From: an uncultured archaeon | Lineage (GTDB): Archaea; Aenigmatarchaeota; Aenigmatarchaeia; QMZP01; JACQNV01 | Direction of reading: 5' to 3' | DNA: 64,000 bases | Assembly (NCBI GenBank): GCA_964410585.1 | Contig: CAYPFW010000001.1 | Location: 224,001-288,000, forward strand | Part shown: positions 1 through 11,525 of the stretch, one piece after another | How positions within the stretch are numbered: position 1 is the stretch's first letter | How the letters are laid out: each line of letters starts with the position of its first letter | Made by a program: the position numbers and the translations under genes | The notes under the pieces: model-generated | Told to the model about the DNA's origin: nothing | Databases searched by the model: none | What the model saw: the letters and a program-made list of their open reading frames with translations, nothing else

Positions 1-1
1 G

Positions 2-3000
2 TTTACAGCTGAAATAGAGACACAAGTAACAGACTGTATGTGTACTTCTACACAACCTATTACAAGTTCACCTGTTTCTTTTTCTGTCCAAGATACAGAT
101 CCTGTTGCTAGCTTTTCGTTTGGCACAGTAATCGAAGGACAAGACGCTCAATTTACAGACACCTCAACAAGCAACGACGGTTTAACATGGGAATGGAATT
201 TCGGTGACGGAACAGCACTTGATACTAGACAGAATCCTACACACCGATTTTCAAAAGGCGGAGCTCACCAAGTGACTTTGACTGTAAGAGAAGCAGATGG
301 AGACTCTAATCCAAAAACACAGATAGTAGATGTGCAAAATGTAAATGACAATCCTATAATAACTGCTACAATAAACCCAATAACGCTGAATGAAGATTTT
401 GGGACACATGAAGTTGTTGATTTAACAACACTAGAATCAGACGAAGAAGATGGACCAGCATCTGATGCAAATAATTTGAGGTGGTCAGTTGTCTCTGTTT
501 CAGATCCTTCTCTAATTGATGTTTCAATAGATGTAGGTTCAGAAAAACTTTCTTTAGTTTCCAAACAAGACAAATTTGGAACAGCTACTGTCACACTTAA
601 ACTTTCAGATTCACAAAGCGGAGAGACAACAACATCTTTCAATGTTCAGGTAAACCAACAAGCAGAGACACAGGGATCGACAACAACAAACACACAAGTA
701 TCAGCAGATTCTGTTTTCACAAACTCTCAGGGAACAAACTCAAACATACAGTCTTCTACAGTGACAGGCTCTACTATCATTGATTCTACTGTCACAAATT
801 CAAACGTCCAAGACTCTTTCATCGACCCATCAACTGTTTCAGGATCAACAATAATCAGGTCTAGGATAGTAAACTCTCAAGTTACAAATTCGAACATCAC
901 AGACTCCAACATTACAAACATGCAGGTTTCAAATGCGGTTGTTACAAACAATGTTTTGCAGTCAGGTACAATTGTTTACAATGGTCAAACATATACAGGA
1001 TCAATAAGTTTAGCTGAGATCCAAAACACAGCACCTGTTTCAACACAAACAGTGACACAAATAAGTTGGAACGAAGATTCTTCTGATTCAAGCCTTAATT
1101 TGAATACACAATTCTCTGATCCAGAAGGCCAGACACTTTCTTTCTCAAAAACAGATCCTTCAAATATTCAAGTTTCAATTTCAGCAAATGGACAAGTGAC
1201 TTTCACACCAGATACAAATTTCAATGGACAGAGATCAGCTCAATTCACTGCAACAGACATATTTGGAAAAACAGTTTCTATTTCAGTTACTTTAAATGTT
1301 ATTTCACAAAATGATCAACTCTCAATCACAACAACAGCGCCTACAACAGGAAGCCAAGGACTATTATATACATATGATATAGATGCATCAGATATAGATG
1401 GAGACCAACTTACATTTACTTTGCAAGCAGGTGCACCAACTGGAATGACAATAAACCCATCAACTGGGCTAATCCAATGGACTCCAACAAACAATCAAGT
1501 TGGAAATAATCAAGTGACTGTTCTTGTTTCTGATGGATCAACACCTATCCAACAACAATTCACAATATCTGTATCAAATGCAAACGATGCGCCTTCTCTT
1601 TCAGCAATTTCAAATCAAAATATAGCAGAAGACTCTACCCTTCAGTTCAATGTTTCTGCAGATGATCCTGATTTGGTATACGGCGATTCTTTGACATATT
1701 CAATAAATGATTCAAGATTCACAATCACAAAAATTTCAAACACTTTAGCTACTGTAAGTTTCTCTCCAACAAATTCAGAGGTTGGCACAATATCAGTTTC
1801 AGTCACAGTAAAAGACTCTCAGGATTTGACAATCACAAAAACATTTTCAGTTTTAGTTTCAAATACAAATGATCTTCCTGTGTTGGCAGATGTTTCAAAC
1901 CAAAATGTATTGGAAGACAGCACACTTCAATTTAATTTGACTGCGTCAGATGATGATCTAATACACGGTGATTCTCTTACATATACAGTCAATGATTCTA
2001 GATTTACAGTAAATAAAATATCAAACACACTAGCTACTGTTAGCTTCTCTCCAATAAATTCAGATGTTGGAACTTTCTCTGTTCAAGCAACTGTAACAGA
2101 TTCTTCAGGACAAACAAGTAAAAAAACTTTCACAGTTACTGTAGTAAATACAAATGATGCACCAACAGTCACTGTTTTGGAACCAAACGGAGGAGAATTG
2201 TGGAATGGAATAAGACAAATAAAATGGACTGCATCTGATGTTGATGTTGGCGACATATTGCTTGTAGACATATTCACAAGTGTTGATGGACAGGTTTTCC
2301 AAGTATTAGCAGAAAATGAAACAAATGATGGTGAATTCGATTGGAACACCGATCAATCATCAGATTCAACAAATCATAAAGTAAGAATTGAAATAAAAGA
2401 CGGAACAACAACAGTTTCAGATGATTCAGATTCTGCCTTCAGCTTAGATAACTCGGTCCCAAATACAGTTTTCGCTTCGCCTAATGCAGGAAATTATACA
2501 TCACATCAAAACATAACAGTAACAGCAACAGATCCTAATTTGCAAACAATAAGCATTTATGTGAATGGTTTACTTGCCAGTTCATCTTCAACATCACCTC
2601 TTGTATATTTGCTCACAGACGGTAATCATTCAGTTTATGCAAAAGCAAATGACACTTTAGGAAACTCTGTACAAACAGAAACTAGAAACATTTTCATCGA
2701 CAGTGTCGTGCCTTCTGTATCTTTCATCTCACCGACACCTTCAACAGGATTATTTGCAAACCAAAATCAAACAATAAACATCACAGGAACAGATAACAAC
2801 CTGGCATCTGTTGGTATAACATTTGTTGGAGAAGGTTCAGGAGGATCTGGTGGAGGTAGTGGAGGAAGTGGGGCTTCTGTTGGTGTCTCTGTGAACCCTG
2901 GAGAAACAACAAAAACACTTTCAACTACTCTCAGTGATGGAAATTATACATACTTTGGAACAGCAAGAGATATTTTAGAAAACAACGCTCAAACAGAAAC

Positions 3001-6000
3001 AAGGACATTATTTATCGACACAATAAACCCAACAATACAGTTTGAAAACCCAACTCCAGCAAATTTGGCGACTACTAATTCAAACCAAATAATAAATGTA
3101 AGCGGCTCAGACACAAATTTAGTTTCAATAGAAATATTTGTTGATGGCACCTTGAAGAACACATGTACATCTAACCTCTGTTCATATTCAATTGATGTTT
3201 CTCAACTTTCTGATGGACCTCACACATTCAATGCAACAATAATAGATATTGTTGGAAGCAAAACATCAACAGAAACAAGGACATTAGTTGTTGATAAAAC
3301 AGCCCCATCAATACAATTTGTTTCCCCAACACCTTCAGATCTTTCTGGAGTATCAGGAACGAAAATAATAAATGTAACAGCTTCTGATCTTAGTGCTTTT
3401 AATATAGTTATATACATAGATGGTCAAAACGTGACAACATGCTCATCATCTCTGTGTTCATTTGAGTGGAACACAACAACTTTTGCTGACGGTTCACATA
3501 GCATAAATGCAACATCTTCAGACAACGTTGGAAACCAAAATTCAACAGAAACAAGGACATTTACAATTGATAACACTGCTCCATCAATTTCTCTTGTTTC
3601 CCCTGCAAATGATACTTTATCAAATAGCCAAACTCAAAACTTCATTTTTGCAGCAAGCGATGCTATATACACATCAGTAAGTTGTAATTTGTACATAAAC
3701 AATAACTTAAGTGGTTCGAACTCATCTGTCCAATCAGGTGTAAACACAACAATAACAAACACTTCTGTTCCAGAAGGCACAAACACATGGTATGTGCAGT
3801 GTGCAGATGCACTTGGAAATACAAACACATCTGAAATGCGGACTTTGAAAACAGATTATACAAGCCCTCAAATTTCAAGCCACTCATTTTCTGGTCTCTT
3901 CCCTCTTACAGGAGTTAGTGATGGCGGATATTTCTCACCAGCAAACACAGATGGACAATTCGATTCAGTATCGCTAACAGTCAATACATCTGAAGAGGTT
4001 ATTTTCGGCCCTCAGTCTATTCAAATAGTTAATTCATCAGGACAAGTTGTAAACTCCTTTGATGGCCCAGGAGAAACTTCAAGATCAATATTAAGAACAT
4101 GGTTTGGAAATGATAGTGTAGGAAACATACTTCCAGATGGCGAATATACAATAAATATCACATTCACAGATTTGGCAGGAAACACAAAAACAGAAATTCT
4201 GAAAAATTTGGAAGCTGTAAATGACTTATTTATTATTGATAATACACCCGTGAATGTTATTCTAGGAAATGACAGAACAGTAAACGAGGGAGCTCTGCAA
4301 ACATTTGATGGTTCAAATTCAACAGACACAGGCTCTGAAATCAACACCTCATCTTTCGTCTGGAACTTCGGCGATAGCCAATCAGCAACAGGACAAACAG
4401 CCAACCACACATACTCACAAAATGGAACCTATACAGTGAGATTGAATGTCACAGACAATGTTGGAAACACAGGAACAAACACAATTGTTGTCACAGTAAA
4501 TGATTTAGCTCCTACATCATCTTTCACATTTAGCCCTTCAACAGGAATATTTGAAAACACAACAACTGTACAGTTCAATTCAACATCAACAGGATATGAT
4601 ACACCTCTGACATATTTCTGGGACTTTGGTGATTTATCAACTTCAACACAGGAGAACCCAACACACGTTTTTGCAAACAATGGAACATACACAGTAAACT
4701 TAACTGTGACAGATGCAGATGGATCGACAAACACAAGTTCGCAGACTTTGAATATCTTGGATAACTCGCCAACAGCAAACGCAGGACCAGACCAAACAGT
4801 GAATGAAGGCTCTATTGTTTTCTTTGATGGCTCAAACTCAACATCAAGCCCAGATTCAATATCTTCTTACTTCTGGGACTTTGGAGATGGAACAAATTCA
4901 ACAGGACAATCAGTTAACCATACTTATGTAAATAATAATACATACACAGTCACATTGACTGTCACAGATTCAGATGGAAGTACAAACTCAGATACACTTC
5001 AAGTTGCAGTGAATGACTTGGGTCCGACAGCTAACTTTACTTGGTCCCCAGAACCGCAGGACGAAGACCTTCCAGTACAATTCAACGACACATCAACATT
5101 TGTTGCAGATAATATAGTTTCTTGGTCTTGGAACTTTGGAGACGGTTCTCCAATAAACACAACGCAGAATCCAACACACGTTTATGGAAACCAAAACACA
5201 ACAAGAATATTCCAAGTTACTCTTACAATAATAGATTCAGATGGAAGTATAAGCTCAAAATCAAGCAACATAACAATCAATGCAGTGAATGATCCTCCTG
5301 TTGTTTCAACAATACCAAGCATAATTTTCAATGAGGACAGTTTCAATGATAGTTTGGTTCTTTCAAGCTTTGTTTCAGATGTAGACAATTCAGTGAGCGA
5401 GATAAATTGGTCAAGTTCACCAACACAAAATTTGACAATTTCAATAGACAACACAACAAAGAGACTTAATGTTTCTGCTGCTCCAAACTGGTTTGGAAAT
5501 GAAACGATTGTTTTGACGGCAACAGATGGACAGAACCAAACACAGAGCAACACAATAACTGTTATTGCAAATTCAGTAAACGACGCCCCTGTTATTTCAA
5601 CAACTGCACAAACATCTGCAACAGAAGATTCTTTGTATTCATATGATGTAAATGCAACAGATGTTGAAAGCGATACACTTTTGTTCACTCTGGAATCGGC
5701 GCCTTCTGGAATGACAATTGATTCCTCAACTGGTATAATATCTTGGACTCCAAACAACACACAAGTTGGTTCAAACAATGTGTCTGTACAAGTATCTGAT
5801 GGAAATAGTGGAATTGGTGAACAAAATTTCACAATTGTTGTTGCAAACAATGCACCAATAATTTCAAACCCAGGAACACAATCTGCAACAGAGGATTCTC
5901 AGTTTTCAATAGACATAAACAGCACAGATGAAAATGAAGGATTGGTTTTCAGTTTGATAAGCCCACCATCTGGAATGTCGATAAACTCAACAACAGGATT

Positions 6001-9000
6001 GATTTCTTGGACACCTACAAATACGCAAGTTGGCACAACAACATTAAATGTTTCGGTAGATGACGCTCATGGTGGAACAGCAACAACGACATTTGATATA
6101 AACGCTGGAAATAATCCAACAACAATCACAACAAATGCAACAACAACAGCAACAGAAGATACTTTGTATACATATGATGTCAACTCAACAGATGAAGGTC
6201 AAGGAGACTTTTTCAATTTAACAACTTTCCCACAAGGAATGACAATAGACAATTCAACTGGATTGATTTCTTGGACACCTCTAAACAATCAAGTTGGTTC
6301 AAACAATGTGGAAGTTGAAGTAGACGACGGAAAAGGAGGAAGCGATACACAAGCCTTCAGTATATCTGTTTCAAACAATCCCCCTTTGATCGCAACAACA
6401 GCTCTAACATCATCAACAGAAGATTCTTTGTATGAATATGATGTAAACTCAACAGATGAAGGTCAAGGACTTGTGTATAGTTTAACAACTTCTCCATCTG
6501 GGATGACAATAAACCAAACAACAGGAATGATAACCTGGACACCAATCAATTCTCAGGTTGGAATAAATTCAGTCACTGTTCTGGCAAACGACACAAAAAG
6601 TGGAACAACAACACAATCCTATTCACTAATTGTTTCAAATAATCCCCCTGTTTTCACTTCAACGGCGCCTACAACAGCAACAGAAGATTCTGAATATTTG
6701 TACGATGCAAATTCAACAGATGAAGGAGATGGAGCGACATTCTCTTTGACAACATCACCGGCAGGCATGACAATAAATTCAACAACAGGATTAGTTAATT
6801 GGACACCTCTGAACAACCAAGTTGGATCAAATTCAGTTGTCATAAGAGTAAATGATGGAAAAGGTGGACAGAAAAGTCAGTCATTCAGTATTTCGGTTTC
6901 AAACAATCCGCCAACAATAACAAGTTCAGCTGCTCTAAATGCAACAGAGGATTCTTTGTATACATATGATGTCAATTCAACAGATGATGGACAAGGAACA
7001 ATAACATATAGCTTGGCTTTGAGTCCAAGTGGAATGACAATTGATTCTTCTACTGGTTTAATTTCATGGACACCTTTGAATAATCAAGTTGGCACAAACA
7101 ATGTGTCTGTGCAAGTATCAGACGGCAACAGCGGTGTCGGAGAACAGAACTTCACAATTACAGTTTCAAACACAAATCCAACAATTTCCTCAACTGCATC
7201 GACAACTGCTACTGAAAACATTCAATATACATACGATGTAAACTCAACAGATGACGGACAAGGAACAATTTCTTACAGCCTGCTTTCATCTGTTTTTGGT
7301 ATGTCAATAAACCAGTCAACAGGTCTAATATCTTGGACACCAATTAACACACAAGTTGGTCCAAACAATGTTTCGATACAAGTATCTGATGGAAATGGTG
7401 GAACAGATACACAAAATTTCACAATTGTAGTTGCAAATTCAAATCCAACAATCACATCATCTCCTGTTGTTTCAGTAACAGAAGATTCATTATACACATA
7501 TGATGTAAACAGTGATGAAGATGGGGAAGGAGCAATAAGTTATCTTTTATTACTCTTACCTTCAGGAATGTCAATTAACTCAACAACAGGCGTGATAACA
7601 TGGACACCGACAAACGAGTATGTTGGTCCAAACAATGTGTCTGTACAAGTATCTGATGGAAATGGTGGAGTTGGCGAACAAAATTTCACAATTGTTGTTG
7701 CAAACAATCCTCCAATAATTTCAGATCCTGGAATACAATCAGCAACAGAGGACTCTCTTTTCACAATTGATATAAATTCAACAGATGAAGGTCAGGGATT
7801 GCTGTTCTATTTGGAAAGTGCACCAACTGGAATGACAATAAATGAAACAACTGGCTCGGTTTCTTGGACACCTCTAAACAATCAAGTTGGTTTGAACACT
7901 GTTAATGTGTCTGTAAACGATTGGCAAGGTGGTGTTTCAAGTCTTACATTCGACATTAATGTTCTAAACAATGCACCATTGATAACAACAAATGCAACAA
8001 TTTCTGGAGTAGAAGACTCATTGTATACATATGATGTTAATTCAACAGATGAGGGACAAGGAGCAACATACAATTTGACAACTTTCCCACAAGGAATGAC
8101 AATAGACAATTCAACTGGATTGATTTCTTGGACACCTCTAAACAATCAAGTTGGTTCAAACAATGTGGAAGTTGAAGTAGATGATGGAAACGGTGGAACA
8201 AACACACAAACATTTAGCATAAGTGTTTCAAACACAAACGATAATCCTGTTCTCTCAACAATTCCAACACAAAACACAACAGAAGATGTCTTATACCAAT
8301 TCAATGTCACAGCATCAGATGATGATTTGATACACGGCGATAGTCTTACATATTCAGTAAACGATTCAAGATTCTCAATATCAAAGATAAACAACACTTT
8401 GGCATCTTTGAATTTTACTCCAACAAACTCTGACGTTGGCTCATTTGTTGTCCAAGTAAATGTGACAGACACACAAAGTGTAACAGACGCAAAAACTTTC
8501 ATAGTTAATGTTGCAAATGTAAACGATGCACCTGAATTCAATTCATCTACCTCATTAGCAAATGTTACTTTCAACGAAGATGGCTCTACATCACTTTCTT
8601 TGTCTCAGAGCTTCTTTGACATAGATGCAGGCGACAGTTTAACATATTCTGCTTCTGCAGTAGACAACATATCAGTTTCTATAAATCAAACAACAGGAGT
8701 TGCAACACTTGTCCCTAACCAAGATTTCTTTGGAACAAGGACAGTTACATTCAAAGCAACAGATTCACAGGGTGCAAATTCAACAGATTCAAATACAGTG
8801 ACAATAACGGTTAATCCAGTTAACGATGCACCTGTTTTATCAGCATCTGTCACAGATGTTTCATTCAATGAAGACGGTTCAAACAGCAGTCTAGATTTAT
8901 CTAACTTCTTCACTGATGTTGACAATACAACTCTGGTTTACACAGCAGATCCTGTTGCAAACTTAACTATGAATATAGTTGGTTCTCAGGTAAACATTTC

Positions 9001-11485
9001 AGCTGATCCAAATTTCAATGGCCAGAGAAATGTCACATTCACAGCATCTGATGGTGAGTACAATGTTTCAGATACAGTTTTAGTGACAGTGAATCCAGTA
9101 AACGATGCTCCAACTTCAACAACAATCCCAGATCAGAATATTACAGAGGATACAAACTTCACATTTGATATTTCTCAATACTTCTCTGATGTAGATGCAG
9201 ATTCTCTTACATTCAGTATAATATTGAATTCAACAAACATCTCAGCTTCAATAAATGGAAGTATTGTTACATTGGAACCAAATTCAAACTTCTTTGGAAC
9301 AAACACAATACAATTTAGGGCAAGCGATTCTCAACTAAGTGTAGATTCTAATACTGTCACACTAAATGTATCAGCAGTAAATGATGCTCCAACTGTTTTA
9401 GTCACACAACCAAATGGCGGAGAAATTTGGAATCAAAACCAAAACATAACATGGTCAGCTTCCGATGTTGAAAATGACCCACTTTCAGTAAGCATATTTG
9501 CTTCAAATGATTCAGGCTCAACATGGAACCAAATAGACACAGGCTTGGCTAATAGCGGTTTGTATATATGGAACACAACAAGCATCGCAGACGGATCATA
9601 TTTAATAAATGTGACTGTATCTGATGGTTCTCTTACAACATCTGATTTGTCTGATGGTTTGGTTACTGTAGATAATACAGCTCCAGATGTAAATGTTGCC
9701 TTGACAGGACACAACAACTTGTTCATTGCTACTCTATCCAATGGACCATATGATATACTAAATATGACATTTACTTCTAGTGAACCTGTTATATGGAAAA
9801 CACCTTCAGGGGGAAACGGAATAAACATATACACTTCAAATGGATCATTAGAAAAATCTTTCACTTCGAACTCTTTGAGCCAAACACTGTTCAAGCAAAT
9901 AGATTCAAGCACATTCTCTGGAGATGACGATATATACACAATAAATGTCACAACAACTGATCAGGCCGGTAATAGCCAAACACAAACTGTTGGGAATTTC
10001 ACTATCGACAACACACCACCATCAGTTAGCATCAGCGCATCTTCAACAACAATAAACGAAGGGGAATCAATTTTCTTCAATGGATCTTCAACAACAGATA
10101 GTTCAGCTGGTGTTGACGCATCTTCGTTTGTTTGGAACTTCGGCGATAGCCAATCAGCAACAGGACAAACAACCAATCACACATACTCACAAAATGGAAC
10201 CTATACAGTGAGATTGAATGTCACAGACAATGTTGGAAACACAGGAACAAACACAATTGTTGTCACAGTAAATGATTTAGCTCCTACATCATCTTTCACA
10301 TTTAGCCCTTCAACAGGAATATTTGAAAACACAACAACTGTACAGTTCAATTCAACATCAACAGGATATGATACACCTCTGACATATTTCTGGGACTTTG
10401 GTGATTTATCAACTTCAACACAGGAGAACCCAACACACGTTTTTGCAAACAATGGAACATACACAGTAAACCTAACTGTGACAGATGCAGATGGATCGAC
10501 AAACACAAGTTCGCAAACTGTATCAGTGAGTGACACAGGTCCCTCAGTTTCAATATCTGGAACAGCATCTACATTCGTAGCCTCAACAGCATCATACAGT
10601 GCTTCTGGTTCAACTGGTTCAGACCAGCCATTCACATATGAGTGGGATTTCAACTACACAGGAAGCTTTGATTCAGAACAAAACACAGGAACAACATCTT
10701 CAGTTGATCACACATTCAGCTCAACAGGCACATTTACAATCGCAGTGCGTGTGACAGATTCAGACGGATCCCAAAACATATCTTCAATGTCAACAACTGT
10801 CCAACCTGAGCAAACACACGACATAGTTGTAAATTCAGTTACATACAACAAAGCAGATTCAACTGTTTACATAGGAGACCAAGTAACTGTGTCAGCAAGT
10901 GTATCAAACATAGGAAATTTCAATGAAAGCGTTACTCTAAGATTATTTAATGGTGGAACAATAGATACAGAAACAGTTTCAATAACAAAGGGAGAAACAA
11001 AAACAGTCAACTTTACTTGGACACCTAGCTCAGAAAGCGGCGGAACAATTTTGAGAGTCGAAGCTCTTCCAGTTTCAGGAGAAACACAGCTTGGCGACAA
11101 TTTGGCTACAGTACAGGGCTCGCCTATACCTGTTAGATCTGTTGTGCAAAATGTAAACTTAACATTTGTTTCGGCAACAAACTTCCCTAAACCAAGTTCT
11201 TCTGGAAGTGAGACACAAAATCCATTCTTCGTTTGGGTAAAAATAGAAAACTTAAATGGATTTGACTTGAATGATTTAGTTTTGACAATAGGAAATGAAA
11301 CTCTAACTGTGAATACAAACCAAGACGGATCAACAAGCACAACAAAAACATACGACCCACTTGCAGCTGGACAATCAACATCTTTCTGGTGGAAATTAAA
11401 CGCCGCATCTGGAACACATAATATTACAGCAAGAATTGGCAATGTTGGTGATAGAGTCGAGATTTCAAGAATAGTGACTGTCTAA
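2..11485 (+). CDS. Giant cell-surface/adhesin-like protein (PKD, cadherin-like/tandem-95, He_PIG Ig, FlgD-Ig-like and CARDB repeats); 5'-partial
   Basis: >3800 codons; frame is open from nt 2 (FTAEIETQVTDC precedes the ATG at 38). PKD motifs (WDFGDG...NPTH), He_PIG motifs (PSGMTINSSTGLISWTP), VNDAP cadherin-like linkers and very many N-x-S/T sequons. Confidence 0.9.
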   Translation, partial: FTAEIETQVTDCMCTSTQPITSSPVSFSVQDTDPVASFSFGTVIEGQDAQFTDTSTSNDGLTWEWNFGDGTALDTRQNPTHRFSKGGAHQVTLTVREADGDSNPKTQIVDVQNVNDNPIITATINPITLNEDFGTHEVVDLTTLESDEEDGPASDANNLRWSVVSVSDPSLIDVSIDVGSEKLSLVSKQDKFGTATVTLKLSDSQSGETTTSFNVQVNQQAETQGSTTTNTQVSADSVFTNSQGTNSNIQSSTVTGSTIIDSTVTNSNVQDSFIDPSTVSGSTIIRSRIVNSQVTNSNITDSNITNMQVSNAVVTNNVLQSGTIVYNGQTYTGSISLAEIQNTAPVSTQTVTQISWNEDSSDSSLNLNTQFSDPEGQTLSFSKTDPSNIQVSISANGQVTFTPDTNFNGQRSAQFTATDIFGKTVSISVTLNVISQNDQLSITTTAPTTGSQGLLYTYDIDASDIDGDQLTFTLQAGAPTGMTINPSTGLIQWTPTNNQVGNNQVTVLVSDGSTPIQQQFTISVSNANDAPSLSAISNQNIAEDSTLQFNVSADDPDLVYGDSLTYSINDSRFTITKISNTLATVSFSPTNSEVGTISVSVTVKDSQDLTITKTFSVLVSNTNDLPVLADVSNQNVLEDSTLQFNLTASDDDLIHGDSLTYTVNDSRFTVNKISNTLATVSFSPINSDVGTFSVQATVTDSSGQTSKKTFTVTVVNTNDAPTVTVLEPNGGELWNGIRQIKWTASDVDVGDILLVDIFTSVDGQVFQVLAENETNDGEFDWNTDQSSDSTNHKVRIEIKDGTTTVSDDSDSAFSLDNSVPNTVFASPNAGNYTSHQNITVTATDPNLQTISIYVNGLLASSSSTSPLVYLLTDGNHSVYAKANDTLGNSVQTETRNIFIDSVVPSVSFISPTPSTGLFANQNQTINITGTDNNLASVGITFVGEGSGGSGGGSGGSGASVGVSVNPGETTKTLSTTLSDGNYTYFGTARDILENNAQTETRTLFIDTINPTIQFENPTPANLATTNSNQIINVSGSDTNLVSIEIFVDGTLKNTCTSNLCSYSIDVSQLSDGPHTFNATIIDIVGSKTSTETRTLVVDKTAPSIQFVSPTPSDLSGVSGTKIINVTASDLSAFNIVIYIDGQNVTTCSSSLCSFEWNTTTFADGSHSINATSSDNVGNQNSTETRTFTIDNTAPSISLVSPANDTLSNSQTQNFIFAASDAIYTSVSCNLYINNNLSGSNSSVQSGVNTTITNTSVPEGTNTWYVQCADALGNTNTSEMRTLKTDYTSPQISSHSFSGLFPLTGVSDGGYFSPANTDGQFDSVSLTVNTSEEVIFGPQSIQIVNSSGQVVNSFDGPGETSRSILRTWFGNDSVGNILPDGEYTINITFTDLAGNTKTEILKNLEAVNDLFIIDNTPVNVILGNDRTVNEGALQTFDGSNSTDTGSEINTSSFVWNFGDSQSATGQTANHTYSQNGTYTVRLNVTDNVGNTGTNTIVVTVNDLAPTSSFTFSPSTGIFENTTTVQFNSTSTGYDTPLTYFWDFGDLSTSTQENPTHVFANNGTYTVNLTVTDADGSTNTSSQTLNILDNSPTANAGPDQTVNEGSIVFFDGSNSTSSPDSISSYFWDFGDGTNSTGQSVNHTYVNNNTYTVTLTVTDSDGSTNSDTLQVAVNDLGPTANFTWSPEPQDEDLPVQFNDTSTFVADNIVSWSWNFGDGSPINTTQNPTHVYGNQNTTRIFQVTLTIIDSDGSISSKSSNITINAVNDPPVVSTIPSIIFNEDSFNDSLVLSSFVSDVDNSVSEINWSSSPTQNLTISIDNTTKRLNVSAAPNWFGNETIVLTATDGQNQTQSNTITVIANSVNDAPVISTTAQTSATEDSLYSYDVNATDVESDTLLFTLESAPSGMTIDSSTGIISWTPNNTQVGSNNVSVQVSDGNSGIGEQNFTIVVANNAPIISNPGTQSATEDSQFSIDINSTDENEGLVFSLISPPSGMSINSTTGLISWTPTNTQVGTTTLNVSVDDAHGGTATTTFDINAGNNPTTITTNATTTATEDTLYTYDVNSTDEGQGDFFNLTTFPQGMTIDNSTGLISWTPLNNQVGSNNVEVEVDDGKGGSDTQAFSISVSNNPPLIATTALTSSTEDSLYEYDVNSTDEGQGLVYSLTTSPSGMTINQTTGMITWTPINSQVGINSVTVLANDTKSGTTTQSYSLIVSNNPPVFTSTAPTTATEDSEYLYDANSTDEGDGATFSLTTSPAGMTINSTTGLVNWTPLNNQVGSNSVVIRVNDGKGGQKSQSFSISVSNNPPTITSSAALNATEDSLYTYDVNSTDDGQGTITYSLALSPSGMTIDSSTGLISWTPLNNQVGTNNVSVQVSDGNSGVGEQNFTITVSNTNPTISSTASTTATENIQYTYDVNSTDDGQGTISYSLLSSVFGMSINQSTGLISWTPINTQVGPNNVSIQVSDGNGGTDTQNFTIVVANSNPTITSSPVVSVTEDSLYTYDVNSDEDGEGAISYLLLLLPSGMSINSTTGVITWTPTNEYVGPNNVSVQVSDGNGGVGEQNFTIVVANNPPIISDPGIQSATEDSLFTIDINSTDEGQGLLFYLESAPTGMTINETTGSVSWTPLNNQVGLNTVNVSVNDWQGGVSSLTFDINVLNNAPLITTNATISGVEDSLYTYDVNSTDEGQGATYNLTTFPQGMTIDNSTGLISWTPLNNQVGSNNVEVEVDDGNGGTNTQTFSISVSNTNDNPVLSTIPTQNTTEDVLYQFNVTASDDDLIHGDSLTYSVNDSRFSISKINNTLASLNFTPTNSDVGSFVVQVNVTDTQSVTDAKTFIVNVANVNDAPEFNSSTSLANVTFNEDGSTSLSLSQSFFDIDAGDSLTYSASAVDNISVSINQTTGVATLVPNQDFFGTRTVTFKATDSQGANSTDSNTVTITVNPVNDAPVLSASVTDVSFNEDGSNSSLDLSNFFTDVDNTTLVYTADPVANLTMNIVGSQVNISADPNFNGQRNVTFTASDGEYNVSDTVLVTVNPVNDAPTSTTIPDQNITEDTNFTFDISQYFSDVDADSLTFSIILNSTNISASINGSIVTLEPNSNFFGTNTIQFRASDSQLSVDSNTVTLNVSAVNDAPTVLVTQPNGGEIWNQNQNITWSASDVENDPLSVSIFASNDSGSTWNQIDTGLANSGLYIWNTTSIADGSYLINVTVSDGSLTTSDLSDGLVTVDNTAPDVNVALTGHNNLFIATLSNGPYDILNMTFTSSEPVIWKTPSGGNGINIYTSNGSLEKSFTSNSLSQTLFKQIDSSTFSGDDDIYTINVTTTDQAGNSQTQTVGNFTIDNTPPSVSISASSTTINEGESIFFNGSSTTDSSAGVDASSFVWNFGDSQSATGQTTNHTYSQNGTYTVRLNVTDNVGNTGTNTIVVTVNDLAPTSSFTFSPSTGIFENTTTVQFNSTSTGYDTPLTYFWDFGDLSTSTQENPTHVFANNGTYTVNLTVTDADGSTNTSSQTVSVSDTGPSVSISGTASTFVASTASYSASGSTGSDQPFTYEWDFNYTGSFDSEQNTGTTSSVDHTFSSTGTFTIAVRVTDSDGSQNISSMSTTVQPEQTHDIVVNSVTYNKADSTVYIGDQVTVSASVSNIGNFNESVTLRLFNGGTIDTETVSITKGETKTVNFTWTPSSESGGTILRVEALPVSGETQLGDNLATVQGSPIPVRSVVQNVNLTFVSATNFPKPSSSGSETQNPFFVWVKIENLNGFDLNDLVLTIGNETLTVNTNQDGSTSTTKTYDPLAAGQSTSFWWKLNAASGTHNITARIGNVGDRVEISRIVTV
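4361..4743 (+). repeat. Intragenic near-identical 383-bp duplication, copy 1 (PKD domains)
   Basis: Matches 10133-10515 with about 3 mismatches by eye. Confidence 0.9.
6221..6324 (+). repeat. Identical 104-bp intragenic repeat (He_PIG domain core); second copy at 8078-8181
   Basis: acaactttcccacaaggaatg...gttgaagtaga occurs twice, 1857 bp apart (in frame). Confidence 0.85.
10133..10515 (+). repeat. Intragenic near-identical 383-bp duplication, copy 2
   Basis: Matches 4361-4743; the 5772-bp offset is in frame. Confidence 0.9.
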
Positions 11486-11525
11486 TAGTATATTTAAGGC
11501 AGGTAAATAATAATATAAATTAAAT

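Noticed and set aside
5600-8250. Regularly spaced DNA repeats as a CRISPR array or DGR template/variable pair
   Set aside because: They are in-frame Ig-domain repeats; there are no unique spacers, cas genes, reverse transcriptase or A-specific mismatch pattern.
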